Shown here: piece after piece, positions 18,114-28,384 of the stretch
Layout of the letters: each line of letters begins with the position of its first letter
Numbering within the stretch: the first letter of the stretch is position 1
Virus record (IMG/VR): IMGVR_UViG_2852079565_000004
Location: 32,001-96,000 of that record
From: a virus
Lineage: Duplodnaviria; Caudoviricetes
DNA: 64,000 nucleotides
Strand: one strand, 5' to 3'
Position numbers and translations under genes: made by a program
Notes under the pieces: generated by a model
Told to the model about the DNA's origin: nothing
The model's input: the letters and a program-made list of their open reading frames with translations, nothing else
Databases searched by the model: none

Positions 18114-18374
18114 CTATTCTCTGAGCTCAAATAATTTCTGTTTCGCTACCTTTAATCCTTCTTGAATATCTGGTTCGTTTATCTCAAGGTTTTTTGCTCT
18201 TCTGACATTCTTACAAACAATATCATGCCAAGCATCAGTTAATAAGCATTCTGTATATTTAGTAACTAGGTCATCATGATGATTGACATACCACTCAACA
18301 GAAGTTTTATCATTACAACCTGACATTGTGATAACAGTTATAATGAGACTAACTAATAAAAAGTATTTAGCCAT
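18114..18374 (-). CDS. EexN-family entry-exclusion-like lipoprotein
   Basis: Lipobox MSGC; SVEWYVNH...C...C.N. Confidence 0.75.
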   Translation of the reverse strand: MAKYFLLVSLIITVITMSGCNDKTSVEWYVNHHDDLVTKYTECLLTDAWHDIVCKNVRRAKNLEINEPDIQEGLKVAKQKLFELRE

Positions 18375-18548
18375 TATACTTATCCTTACAGATTATTTAG
18401 TTCGGATACGCACATATCTAAAAGAAATTGGACTCATACTCTGCCTTTATATCAGTGCTAAACAATGAAAAATTCTCTAACTGTGCTTCAATCTACTATT
18501 CATGCTAAAGATATTGATTAAATGAGATTTGCAAAGTTTAGCTCATAT

Positions 18549-19637
18549 TTAAATAGCTTCCTCTAAGATGCCTTCTGGAACACAGACATTACCTTCAAAT
18601 AATTTACGAGCAGTTCTGATCACGGCAGCCTGAGTATTTTCTATTCGATCCCCATCCTTTAATAAAGAAACAGTAATTTTCCCACTTGGATGTTCAATAT
18701 TTACTATACTGTTTAGCCTATCTTGAGACTGACCACCTATGATTTTTTGAGCAATGGAGCCTTCAATTATTGTTGCTGTTGAAATACCTATAGAACCTGT
18801 AATTGCCAATGACTTATGGCAATTGTGTGGCATGAAATAGCGAACTTTAATCGTCCCCCCCGCTGTTGGTTTGCTCAGAAGAACAGGCTTTGGAATGACT
18901 TTATCAGCTACATCGCCAAGCCCCATTGCAACGCCAGCTTCTAGGCGGATCTTCTCAAGACGTTTCATAAACATCAAATCAGAATCCAGTTCAGTTGGAG
19001 ACTCACTACCGGTTTTCCCCATTTGATGTGCATTGATTAAAATCATTGGCATTGCCATATCAATACATGTGACCTCAATGTCATCAAATACATCTGTTGC
19101 ATTACCTGTGGGAAGTAATTTACCCGTTTTACAACCTGCGGAATTTAGGAACGTCAAACCAATTGGAGCAGCTGCCCCCGGCACACCATCAATTTGGGTA
19201 TCCCCTTCATAAGTCACTTTGAAATCAGGGGTCTGAACTTCAACATTAACTAATGTTCCAGTATTGAGATTCCGAATACGCACTGCCGTAACTGGATTTT
19301 TCGGAGCAATTAGCCCCTTTTCAATAGCAAATGGACCAACTGCACATAACATATTTCCACAATTTGGAGTTGTATCGACCCTTCGTTCTTTCACCATAAC
19401 CTGAGCAAAAAGATAATCAATATCAGCATCAGGGCTATCTGAAAGACTCACAATGGCTACTTTACTGGTTTGCGGACTACCTCCACCGATACCATCAATT
19501 TCAAGATCATGGCCTGAGCCCATCAAAGCTAGCAAAACGGCATCTCGTTCCTGAATATCATCTGGTAAATCAGTCGATAGAATAACTGGCCCTTTAGAAG
19601 TGCCACCGCGCATCAGAACACAGGGTATGCTGAACAT
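18549..19637 (-). CDS. PrpF-family isomerase (YbhH / 4-oxalomesaconate tautomerase-like)
   Basis: MRGGTSKG, DGIGGG..TSKVA, NCGNM, HKSLAITG, HPSG, RTARKL. Confidence 0.93.
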   Translation of the reverse strand: MFSIPCVLMRGGTSKGPVILSTDLPDDIQERDAVLLALMGSGHDLEIDGIGGGSPQTSKVAIVSLSDSPDADIDYLFAQVMVKERRVDTTPNCGNMLCAVGPFAIEKGLIAPKNPVTAVRIRNLNTGTLVNVEVQTPDFKVTYEGDTQIDGVPGAAAPIGLTFLNSAGCKTGKLLPTGNATDVFDDIEVTCIDMAMPMILINAHQMGKTGSESPTELDSDLMFMKRLEKIRLEAGVAMGLGDVADKVIPKPVLLSKPTAGGTIKVRYFMPHNCHKSLAITGSIGISTATIIEGSIAQKIIGGQSQDRLNSIVNIEHPSGKITVSLLKDGDRIENTQAAVIRTARKLFEGNVCVPEGILEEAI

Positions 19638-19719
19638 ACTTTCTCTCTTCCTACAGATTAAATGATACGCCAAGCGTCCCATATGCGGATAAATAACTCT
19701 AATGCAAAGAAACAAGAGA

Positions 19720-19740
19720 TTAATGCATTTTACACATTAA
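19720..19740. promoter_or_regulatory. LysR-type binding box
   Basis: TTAATG-N9-CATTAA between the divergent genes. Confidence 0.55.
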
Positions 19741-19792
19741 TAAGCCTTCAGTTATTATGGTTTAATTTCTCTATAAGCCTGAGGGTTGAAAA

Positions 19793-20719
19793 ATGCAGCA
19801 TGAATTACAGGGTATCCAATCTTTCGTAAAAGTTGCGGAAATGGGATGTTTTACAAAAGCATCTCATTTTTTACACATCTCTCAACCCGCATTGACGAGA
19901 CGAATAAAAAAGCTTGAGGATAGTTTAGGTACAGCACTATTTGAACGCTCAACAAGACGAGTAAAATTGACTGCTGTAGGGAGAGATTTTCTACCTCATG
20001 CAAAAAATCTCATCGATTTTTATGAAAGCTCGATACTCAGTATTAAAGAAATGGCAACACATCAAACAGGGACAGTGACTTTATCTTGTTTACCTACAGC
20101 AGCCTTCTATTTTTTACCTTCCGTTATTCGTGATTATAACGAACATTACCCGAATATACGTATCCGAATACTTGAGCATAGTGCTAGCGACTGCCTTGAG
20201 GCGGTACTTAATGGGGATGCAGATTTTGGAATAAATATGATTAACATCACACATTCTAATATAGAGTTCACACCTCTGGTTAATGAGCCTTTCGTTCTTG
20301 CCTGTAAACGCGACCATGAGCTTGCCAAAAAAAATCTCGTGATGTGGGAAGATCTTGCCGGACTCAAACTTATTGGAGTCCGAAAATCGAGTGGTAATCG
20401 ATATCTAATTGATCAGGCTTTAGAAGGATTTAACTGGAAACCAAACTGGTTTTACGAAGTAAGACACCTGTCCACATCACTCGGGATGGTTGAAGCTGGG
20501 CTTGGTGTTGCTGTTGTACCAAGTCTGGCAATGCCTACGGATGAGCACCATATACTGGTTAGTCGACCACTTATAGAGCCTGTGATCAGGAGAACACTGG
20601 GATTAGTGTTTAGAAAGGATGACACCTTAAGCCCTGCAGCCGATAAATTTCGTGAAATATTGATGAAGCTTTGGTCTCAAGACAATACCAGCCCTTGGAT
20701 CAGTAGATTCAGCCGCTAG
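19793..20719 (+). CDS. LysR-family regulator (YbhD-like)
   Basis: LHISQPALTRRIKKLE; WFYEVRHLSTSLG..EAGLG. Confidence 0.93.
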   Translation: MQHELQGIQSFVKVAEMGCFTKASHFLHISQPALTRRIKKLEDSLGTALFERSTRRVKLTAVGRDFLPHAKNLIDFYESSILSIKEMATHQTGTVTLSCLPTAAFYFLPSVIRDYNEHYPNIRIRILEHSASDCLEAVLNGDADFGINMINITHSNIEFTPLVNEPFVLACKRDHELAKKNLVMWEDLAGLKLIGVRKSSGNRYLIDQALEGFNWKPNWFYEVRHLSTSLGMVEAGLGVAVVPSLAMPTDEHHILVSRPLIEPVIRRTLGLVFRKDDTLSPAADKFREILMKLWSQDNTSPWISRFSR

Positions 20720-20843
20720 TATGGTTACAAACTCACTTGCATATTGAAACTGGCACTAATACATATTGAGTAGTTTGTCATATTGAATCACTAAATAAGG
20801 TATATCCATTTTACAGTGAGCACTACAGAGTAAAAATGGCACA

Positions 20844-20973
20844 TTACATTTTTAGAGATAGTTACAGCAGATCGCTGTGATATCAGCCTGTACCGCTGTT
20901 ATGTGATAAAGACACGTATCTGAACGAAAACCAGAACAATCAAAAAATTAATCTAAGCGTCGTTTCTATTATT
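20844..20973 (+). repeat. Repeat copy B (decayed iterons)
   Basis: Shares GTTACAGCAGATC, TGATATCA, TATCTGAACGAAAAC, TTAATCTAA with copy A. Confidence 0.85.
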
Positions 20974-20985
20974 AATGCATTTAAT

Positions 20986-21064
20986 GACGTTACACGCGTA
21001 ACAACGATACAAGCCAACATTGAAGCACTTTTTGTTACATCCTGCTGGTGGTGTAACGTAACAA
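20986..21064 (-). repeat. Inverted iteron array C; probable replication origin arm
   Basis: Reverse complement has the same GTTAC/GTAAC layout as copy A; directly downstream of the primase gene. Confidence 0.65.
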
Positions 21065-21098
21065 GGAGAGATAATCCTCCCCTTGTTAGCTTTCATGC

Positions 21099-23777
21099 TT
21101 AAACAGTATAGCTTTCCAGTGCCTCACTTTCCTGATCGCTTTGACCTAAGCGTGTCCCTGATACAACATAGGGTTTTTGCTCTTCTGCTTGCTCAACATC
21201 GAGTATTTTTCCTGATATAGGATACACGCGGCGGAGACCACCACCCTGCAATCGCTTAGTTACTGATGATTTTTTAGGTAAAAAACCTAATTTAACCAAT
21301 ATGTTGGCGACATTTTTGTGGTCAAGTCCCTGACAAATATCGTTGCGAAACGATTCAGGGAAAACACAAAAGTCGTTGCCATCTTTGCAGCCCCAAACAG
21401 GTCCATTCGTATTTTGTCCAAATCTAGAGTCTCCCCATTTGAGTAATCGACCTCTAACAACTTCAAGTGCTTGGTTAGATTCGTGTGAGCCTTCGCCTCT
21501 TTCTAATAGCCATGCATCAAAACAGGTTTTCACACCACGAAAAGCTTCACCTTTTTCCCAGCCAGTAATGTTTGCTGCCAACTCTCCCGCTGCCGCAACG
21601 AGGGCAAACCGATTTGCAGCACGTTTTATCTGTCCATCCACATTATCGGGCACATATTGTAAAAACGCTGTCATCAGCTCCCTTAGCTTTATCGAGTACT
21701 CAACCTTATTACCCGCTAACGCCTTCAAGAACGCTCTGGAAGCGACACCGTGGTACTGCTTGCTATTGCTATTTAACATTTCGGCAAAACTTGCCGCATC
21801 AGAAAAACCATGAAGTTCTTCAAAAAGACCTAACCCTTTTCCAGCATCCGCTGGAATGTCAATAAAGCGAACTTCTTGCCCCGCTTTGACCATTTTTCCC
21901 GCTTGGCTCATTAAATTAGACAAGGATACTTCACCCGCTGAAACAAAAATGAGTCTCCATGTTTTCAGCGATGCCGCCCCACCGGAACGGTTTGCACGTT
22001 GCTTGCTTGACCCATTAGCCACCATATACACGGTCTGAGCTGCTTCACTTGGGTTTTCATCTGCCATCTGACCTAATTCATCAATGACAAGCGTTGCATC
22101 ATTATGAGCATATGCGACACTCTCAAGCCCATTGGACGTTGCACGCCATGTCACCAATTTATCCGCTGGCCCCCACACTGATTTACACAGACGTAAGGCC
22201 GTTGTTTTTCCTCGGCTACTTTCACTTCGAATATGAAAGCCACCTGATTCTAATGCATGGTCTAAATCCAATAATGGTCCCGCAAACGCAGCAGCAACCA
22301 TCAAAATTAATCGGCTGTTACCTTGGCAATAAGCCGCTACATTACGCTGCCATTCTTCTAGTGTCCCCGATTGTTCATAACCTGCCGGAGCTCCGTACAT
22401 AGACTGATAAACAACGCGTTCAGAGCTAGCCCCAATGGCTTCACTCGGTAAAACAAATACTTCACCATGCCAGCCCGTTTGAGACACATTGCGGGCACGT
22501 TCTACTGGTTGAACAGTTGAGATAAAACTTAGTAACGCTTTGTATTCACTCGGATTGAAATGCAAGCCTCTAGACGCTAAAGGCTCCAGTATTATTGATG
22601 GGTCTTTAACAAGAGCAGCCCGTGGCAAAGCAAACATATGTTCATGGCGGTCTAAATCGGCAAACTTGAAGACGATCCCCCACTCTTCATTCGACTTATC
22701 ACGAGACAACGCTTGCGGATACAATGCAGAACAAATTTGTGCATCATACGTCCCTTTGTCCGTAGTTCGTTTTTGATATAACCACCCATTATTGAAAAAA
22801 TAATCAGCTGGTATCCTCATTCGGGCAATAGCAATAACTGGACACAACTGACGTTTAAGTTCATCAATCCCTTCTAAAACAGCTAAATCATTGGCATCTG
22901 TCGGTTGTGTTGATTCATCTTGAAACTGAGGTATAAAACACGAACAACTATATAATTTTGCTGCTTTTTCAGCAGCTTCAACCCCAGCATTTCTCTCTTT
23001 ATACTTATCATTATCAGCAATAATCACAATCGGTACATCTGTTTTACTTCGCACAGCTTTAACTACTTCAGGTAAATTGCCGCAATCAATCGCCATAATG
23101 CAAGTATACCCTGTCGCTTCATAACAGGATGCCGCCGTCGCAAACCCTTCGGTTATCAATATGGTGCTGCTATCGCCCTCTATCACATAGCAAGCCCCTT
23201 TTTTGCCACAATCTTTATAAAAGCGTTTAGTACCATCCACCCAAATGCGTTGAGCCGTAATGAAGCCACCTTTATATTCACTCAATGGAATAACCAATTG
23301 ATTACCATTGACTAATATACCGTGCGCCTCCACTTTTTTTCTCAACAAGTAAGGATGATTATTTGAAGCTAAAGGAAACCTTTGAATATGCTCGCTTAAT
23401 TCTGCTCTGTTTTCTGCAAATAGAGCTTCTCGTGCTGCATCATTAGCTGCTTTCAATTGCTTATATTCATCTATTCTTGTTTTTTGCTGTTCCTCTGACA
23501 CGGAACTTAACCCATCACTACGCCAAATTACCTCTCCTAAATCCTCATGAAAACTTTTCGCTATTAACCAATGAATTTTTCCATTTTCATCGGCTAATGT
23601 TTTTATATAACCGCTAGTTTCTCCTTCTTTATCATGTGTATCTTTAAAACGTGGATAGTCCACCTCGATATTATGTATTTCTGCATCTTCAGCAGCAAGT
23701 TGATGTTCTTTAGCTAACTTTAATAACGAATCGAATGCATATTGATTGTGTTCATCAATAGTCATATTTAACTCCAA
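21099..23777 (-). CDS. TOPRIM primase + DUF927 helicase
   Basis: HPYL, EGFATA, ADND, PTDAND; SSRGKTT Walker A, LVIDE Walker B. Confidence 0.9.
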   Translation of the reverse strand: MELNMTIDEHNQYAFDSLLKLAKEHQLAAEDAEIHNIEVDYPRFKDTHDKEGETSGYIKTLADENGKIHWLIAKSFHEDLGEVIWRSDGLSSVSEEQQKTRIDEYKQLKAANDAAREALFAENRAELSEHIQRFPLASNNHPYLLRKKVEAHGILVNGNQLVIPLSEYKGGFITAQRIWVDGTKRFYKDCGKKGACYVIEGDSSTILITEGFATAASCYEATGYTCIMAIDCGNLPEVVKAVRSKTDVPIVIIADNDKYKERNAGVEAAEKAAKLYSCSCFIPQFQDESTQPTDANDLAVLEGIDELKRQLCPVIAIARMRIPADYFFNNGWLYQKRTTDKGTYDAQICSALYPQALSRDKSNEEWGIVFKFADLDRHEHMFALPRAALVKDPSIILEPLASRGLHFNPSEYKALLSFISTVQPVERARNVSQTGWHGEVFVLPSEAIGASSERVVYQSMYGAPAGYEQSGTLEEWQRNVAAYCQGNSRLILMVAAAFAGPLLDLDHALESGGFHIRSESSRGKTTALRLCKSVWGPADKLVTWRATSNGLESVAYAHNDATLVIDELGQMADENPSEAAQTVYMVANGSSKQRANRSGGAASLKTWRLIFVSAGEVSLSNLMSQAGKMVKAGQEVRFIDIPADAGKGLGLFEELHGFSDAASFAEMLNSNSKQYHGVASRAFLKALAGNKVEYSIKLRELMTAFLQYVPDNVDGQIKRAANRFALVAAAGELAANITGWEKGEAFRGVKTCFDAWLLERGEGSHESNQALEVVRGRLLKWGDSRFGQNTNGPVWGCKDGNDFCVFPESFRNDICQGLDHKNVANILVKLGFLPKKSSVTKRLQGGGLRRVYPISGKILDVEQAEEQKPYVVSGTRLGQSDQESEALESYTV

Positions 23778-23840
23778 TGAGTGTTTAAGATAAAAGTTTG
23801 ATGAACCTCACTCGACTGAGTGAGGCTGTTGAGTATTGAA

Positions 23841-24092
23841 TTAAAAGTTTTTAATAGAAAACTCTTCTAGGTCACCATAATCATCAAATATAATTTTGAG
23901 AAAATAATGACCATCACAAGTGAAAAACTTATAGTCATTGGATTCGGGGCAATACTCGACATAACCATCTTCTATGTAAAGAATATCGTCGAGAAGTTCA
24001 GGTATGTATTCAAGACGACCTTCTTCACTATTGATTTCTTTAAATATAGCGATCTTAGTGCGAAGGGGTAAATTATTAAACTGATTACTCAT
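23841..24092 (-). CDS. Small acidic hypothetical protein
   Basis: AGGAG RBS before MSNQFNNL. Confidence 0.55.
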   Translation of the reverse strand: MSNQFNNLPLRTKIAIFKEINSEEGRLEYIPELLDDILYIEDGYVEYCPESNDYKFFTCDGHYFLKIIFDDYGDLEEFSIKNF

Positions 24093-24223
24093 AATATCTC
24101 CTATCAATATTATTAATTTTGGATGTAATATCGACTTAGATGTCATATCGATATAGAGGAGATTAATATATTTAGAGAATAAGTAGCAGCTTGCTTGGTA
24201 GCCCAAACAAGCTATCTTGACAT

Positions 24224-25078
24224 TTATTGTTTTTTATGAATCAAAGTCTCATACCAAGCTTGAAAACTTTTATCAGCTGGTAAATCGCACTTTGGGATTT
24301 CGCTAAACTTCTCTATTAACTCTAATTCATCAATAGTTCTAGGGAAGTAAGTTACCTTTTTATTGTTATCCTGTTTAAATTTTAGGTAAGACTTATATTC
24401 CTGATAACACCCACTACAACAAATATCTTCTTTATAATATGATAGCGGAAATACAACTCTATTATTTAACGCCTGATTCTCTATTCTAGATTTAATTGAT
24501 TTTCGGGATAAAGATATCCCCTCATTTAACTCTTCACCTGTTTTGCTATAAGCATTAATTTTATATAGATAAGAAAGCTCATCTGAAAGTTGTTCTAAAA
24601 ATGAATCATCCCCTTTAACTAATAATATATCATCCCATTCAATCCCTATAATTTTCATTATAACCAATCTAAAATATAAGTAATTATTGACATTTTTTAT
24701 AAAATCTTTCTTTTCCTCAGAAAAATTCCTATATTTCAAATTCAAAAACAAGGCTTCCTCAAGTCCACAATCTTTATTAAGATATTTATTTATTGCTTCT
24801 CCGAGATAATATCTAGCTATACGAGGCAATTCAAAATCATTGAGTAAAAGATAACTTATATGTTTCAATACACGTTCAGGTATGCCCTCTGGAGCTCTTT
24901 TCTTTTCATGATACTTAACTAATGGAGTATTAATATTTTCATCCCCTCCATTTTTTTCAACTAATGTAGCAAATGAGTCCTCATCAGTTATATCTAATTT
25001 ATTTTTATCCATTCTCATTAAGTTTTCATACAAAAATTCATATTGTGGCTCTTTTTTTTCTTTCAAATCATCACTCAC
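24224..25078 (-). CDS. Low-GC hypothetical protein
   Basis: 284-aa ORF, GAGG RBS, GTG start. Confidence 0.7.
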   Translation of the reverse strand: MSDDLKEKKEPQYEFLYENLMRMDKNKLDITDEDSFATLVEKNGGDENINTPLVKYHEKKRAPEGIPERVLKHISYLLLNDFELPRIARYYLGEAINKYLNKDCGLEEALFLNLKYRNFSEEKKDFIKNVNNYLYFRLVIMKIIGIEWDDILLVKGDDSFLEQLSDELSYLYKINAYSKTGEELNEGISLSRKSIKSRIENQALNNRVVFPLSYYKEDICCSGCYQEYKSYLKFKQDNNKKVTYFPRTIDELELIEKFSEIPKCDLPADKSFQAWYETLIHKKQ

Positions 25079-25199
25079 TTATCTATCCTCTTTAATAAAA
25101 CAATAACAACTATTTTTAAAATAAGCATATTCAACACTATTATCATTTTTCAGATAATAAATTGGTATAAGAAATTTGACTAAACCACAGGAGCTAGCT

Positions 25200-25631
25200 A
25201 TGCAAGCAAAAATTAATGAAGTTCGAGAATACTTATCAAGCCGTCTTTATCTTACCGACCAACTGACATCCCCTCAAGACACTTACGACTTTCTCACTGT
25301 TCAACTCGGTGATAAAGAGCAAGAAGTATTTTCGGTAATCTACTTGAATGCTCAAAATCAAGTCATACAATACGTTGAAATGTTTAACGGCACCATTAAT
25401 CATACTAACGTCTATCCCCGAGAAATTGCGAAATTAGCTTTAAAACTCAATGCCGCCAACATTATCTGTGCCCATAACCACCCTTCTGGTACGGTAACCC
25501 CATCAAAAAGCGATATTAAAGTTACCGATAAGCTGAAAACAATCATGCAGTTGTTGGACATAACACTGCTTGACCACATTATTGTGGCTGGTGGAGAAAC
25601 AATGTCATTTGCTGAAAAAGGTCTGCTATGA
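25200..25631 (+). CDS. radC: RadC/JAB-domain protein
   Basis: EQEVF, YPREI, HNHPSG...PS..D, LLDHII. Confidence 0.93.
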   Translation: MQAKINEVREYLSSRLYLTDQLTSPQDTYDFLTVQLGDKEQEVFSVIYLNAQNQVIQYVEMFNGTINHTNVYPREIAKLALKLNAANIICAHNHPSGTVTPSKSDIKVTDKLKTIMQLLDITLLDHIIVAGGETMSFAEKGLL

Positions 25632-25881
25632 AAGGGATTCTCCTCACTGCATTAATAAAAGGGCTTATCACATTTGCCTTTCATCTACTAAAAGTTGTAT
25701 CTGCTGCTCACAACTAAACCTAACTTAAATTTCATTATCACCCCTACCAATAAGCATGCTTTAAAGTCATGCCACCAGCCAAACCATTCTATAAGTGACG
25801 AAACCATACCAAAAGGTCTCTTTTCTGATTTGGCGTGATTTTTCATCATACCATGCCCTATTGGTAGGTAAGGAGGATTTC

Positions 25882-26442
25882 GTGGCAGTTGTCGGCTACG
25901 CACGAGTGTCAACTCGAGGCCAAAGCCTCGATGCTCAACTTAATGCATTACACGATTGTGACAAAATATTTAAAGAAATTATCAGTGGGGCAAAAGATAA
26001 TCGCCCAGAGCTTGCTGCCCTACTCGATTACGTTCGTGAAGGTGACACAGTTAAAGTAACAAAACTTGATCGGCTTGCTCGCAATACAAAGCATTTACTA
26101 GAAATATCCGCTTACTTAGAAACAAAAAAAGTACGGTTATTAATTATGAATATAGGTATAGATACAGACACCCCAACAGGTAAGCTAATGCTTACAATGA
26201 TAGGTGCTATTGCAACGTTTGAGCGTGAAATCATGTTAGAACGCCAAGCAGAAGGAATTGCACTAGCTAAACAACTAGGTCGGTATACAGGGCGAAAAGC
26301 AACCGCTAGAGCCAAAACAGCGGAAGTTTTGGAGCTACTAGCCCAAGGCGCAACCAAACCTGCTATTTCAAAACAACTTGATATCAGTATTACCAGCATC
26401 TATCGCATCGTTAAAAGTAACTCAAATAGACTTTCATTATAA
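25882..26442 (+). CDS. Serine resolvase/invertase
   Basis: GYARVST..Q, RPEL, KLDRLAR, C-terminal HTH; AGGAGG RBS before GTG. Confidence 0.93.
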   Translation: MAVVGYARVSTRGQSLDAQLNALHDCDKIFKEIISGAKDNRPELAALLDYVREGDTVKVTKLDRLARNTKHLLEISAYLETKKVRLLIMNIGIDTDTPTGKLMLTMIGAIATFEREIMLERQAEGIALAKQLGRYTGRKATARAKTAEVLELLAQGATKPAISKQLDISITSIYRIVKSNSNRLSL

Positions 26443-26452
26443 GGAAATTATC

Positions 26453-26848
26453 ATGGCGTTTTACACAATGACAAACTTTGCAGACCGTATCTCTTTCATG
26501 AAAGATGGTCAATATGTAGGCTCAGCAATGCCAAACGTATTCGGTGGTTATAATCTCTCAGGAGCAACTGGAGAGTCTCTAGGCCACACTAGCACCTTAG
26601 GTGACACTGAAATATTTCACGGCGATATGGGTCAACTAGAGGGCTTTGCGAGACCCAACATCTTTGGTGGCGTTGACTACTTAAGTTCGACGGGTTCATT
26701 TCAAGCCATGTCTATACCCGATTTTCAAGGTGTGACACTGCATGATATTGCTGATGGTTCATCTGAACATATCTCAATGATTGGGGATAACCTTACTGAC
26801 GAGCACGTTGATGGATTATCCAGTTTCTTTCATAAATTTCTGGGGTAG
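26453..26848 (+). CDS. Acidic Gly-rich beta-repeat hypothetical protein
   Basis: AAGGA RBS; PNVFGG/PNIFGG repeats. Confidence 0.7.
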   Translation: MAFYTMTNFADRISFMKDGQYVGSAMPNVFGGYNLSGATGESLGHTSTLGDTEIFHGDMGQLEGFARPNIFGGVDYLSSTGSFQAMSIPDFQGVTLHDIADGSSEHISMIGDNLTDEHVDGLSSFFHKFLG

Positions 26849-26853
26849 TTAAC

Positions 26854-27606
26854 ATGGACGATTTTCAACGCATTGAAGCTACTGCATTAACCATCATGAT
26901 AATGCAGGCTACTGAAATAATTGAAAAAGAAGAAGATACTGCTTGTCTTGTCGATGTTCCATACATACTGTGCAAAGCACTTTGCGAAGCGAACGATTCT
27001 GAGCTTTATACCCACTTAAAGCTAACTGATGAGCAAAGAGCAAAAAGCATCAGTGCAGTTACAGCTATGCTAGCGGATAACGATAATTGGCTAAGTCAAG
27101 CTGCTCATCTCTATAATCTATTTTCAAACCCACTAGGTAAAACTATACGAGACACCATCACTAAACAATATGATGAGAATCCACTGGTTAGAAAGATCAC
27201 TCGTTTATACCGTGGATTCGGTCTTGATTTAGTGCTTGGCGTCTGTGATGAACTCATTAACCAAGGTGTACCACCTAACAAGTTATTAGCTGACTTTTCC
27301 GATTATCAACTTGCCAACCTTCCCTGTGAAAACTTTGATGAAGTCGTACAAGTTAACGTCGATATTGGTGTTGTATCAGGTCAAATTGACAGCAAGGAAG
27401 CGAAGTATGGTGAATTAGCTGGTAACGTAGGCGGCTTCGTTGCAGGAGCCAAAGCAGGGGCGATCATCGGTTCATTCTTCCTCCCCGGTGTTGGCACAAT
27501 CGTCGGGGGTGGAATTGGAGCTGCTGCAGGTAAGGTATTTGGTAAACGCATGGGTAATCTTGCTGGTCAAGGCTTTACTGAGACAAAAGGCTCGAAATCT
27601 AAATAA
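26854..27606 (+). CDS. Protein with C-terminal glycine-zipper membrane hairpin
   Basis: GNVGGFVAGAKAGAIIGSFFLPGVGTIVGGGIGAAAG. Confidence 0.75.
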   Translation: MDDFQRIEATALTIMIMQATEIIEKEEDTACLVDVPYILCKALCEANDSELYTHLKLTDEQRAKSISAVTAMLADNDNWLSQAAHLYNLFSNPLGKTIRDTITKQYDENPLVRKITRLYRGFGLDLVLGVCDELINQGVPPNKLLADFSDYQLANLPCENFDEVVQVNVDIGVVSGQIDSKEAKYGELAGNVGGFVAGAKAGAIIGSFFLPGVGTIVGGGIGAAAGKVFGKRMGNLAGQGFTETKGSKSK

Positions 27607-27705
27607 CAATCTTCAAATATATGGCGGTTAGCAAAATAATCATAGGAATACTAACCGCCCCTACTCACTATCAAAATCAATAAACTCTTTAATGAAGAGG
27701 TCAAT

Positions 27706-28086
27706 ATGTACGCATCATTATATCTGTCATTTATGCTAGGCTCCGTTGCTATGGGAACAAACCCTGTAAGCACATACAATGACATGGAAACATGCAAACA
27801 AGCACAAAGCCAACTGACCGTTGCTGGCACGAAAGGTATGTCCATAAAGTCAACGTGCAGAGAAACACCGATGTACTACCCTTCAGGACCTTACCTCAAC
27901 GGTATCCTTGCTGGTGGTAAAGGCACTCAAGCAGGTAAAACACCACCGTATTCAGACCTTCACATCTTTGAAGATGACGAATACGAAACATGCGTCGGAG
28001 CAATTAAAGAAGTCGCTAAAAGCATGGAAAATGAACCCGCGATGCATGCCGTATTTTTCTGCGTGCCAGTACAAAAGAAAGTGTGA
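27706..28086 (+). CDS. Putative exported protein with four cysteines
   Basis: GAGG RBS; hydrophobic N-terminus; two similar ETC...C modules. Confidence 0.65.
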   Translation: MYASLYLSFMLGSVAMGTNPVSTYNDMETCKQAQSQLTVAGTKGMSIKSTCRETPMYYPSGPYLNGILAGGKGTQAGKTPPYSDLHIFEDDEYETCVGAIKEVAKSMENEPAMHAVFFCVPVQKKV

Positions 28087-28354
28087 TTAATTTCCAATTA
28101 AAATAGCAAGTCCAAAAATTGGCTTGCTATTTAACTAAAACAATAAATTCGTATTTGTAATGGTCAATAAAAATTGATCATAGTTTTATGAGTATTCCCT
28201 ATATAATCGTTCTGATTCATTGGGTGCTAAACCACCATTATATTGATAAGACCTACGCTGAACATAATACCCAAGGTAAAGTAGTCAACTAACATCTAAT
28301 ATAAAATTGAATTTAACTTAATCAATTAAAAAATCACTCATTTCAATTAGTAAA

Positions 28355-28383
28355 TTAGCCCTCTGTATCTAAGAGGGCTAATT
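28355..28383. terminator. Hairpin terminator at the end of the SIR2-STAND gene
   Basis: AATTAGCCCTCT...AGAGGGCTAATT. Confidence 0.7.
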
Positions 28384-28384
28384 A

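Noticed and set aside
25628-25717. 29-aa hydrophobic ORF after radC as a type I toxin
   Set aside because: No recognisable family or antisense RNA structure; insufficient support
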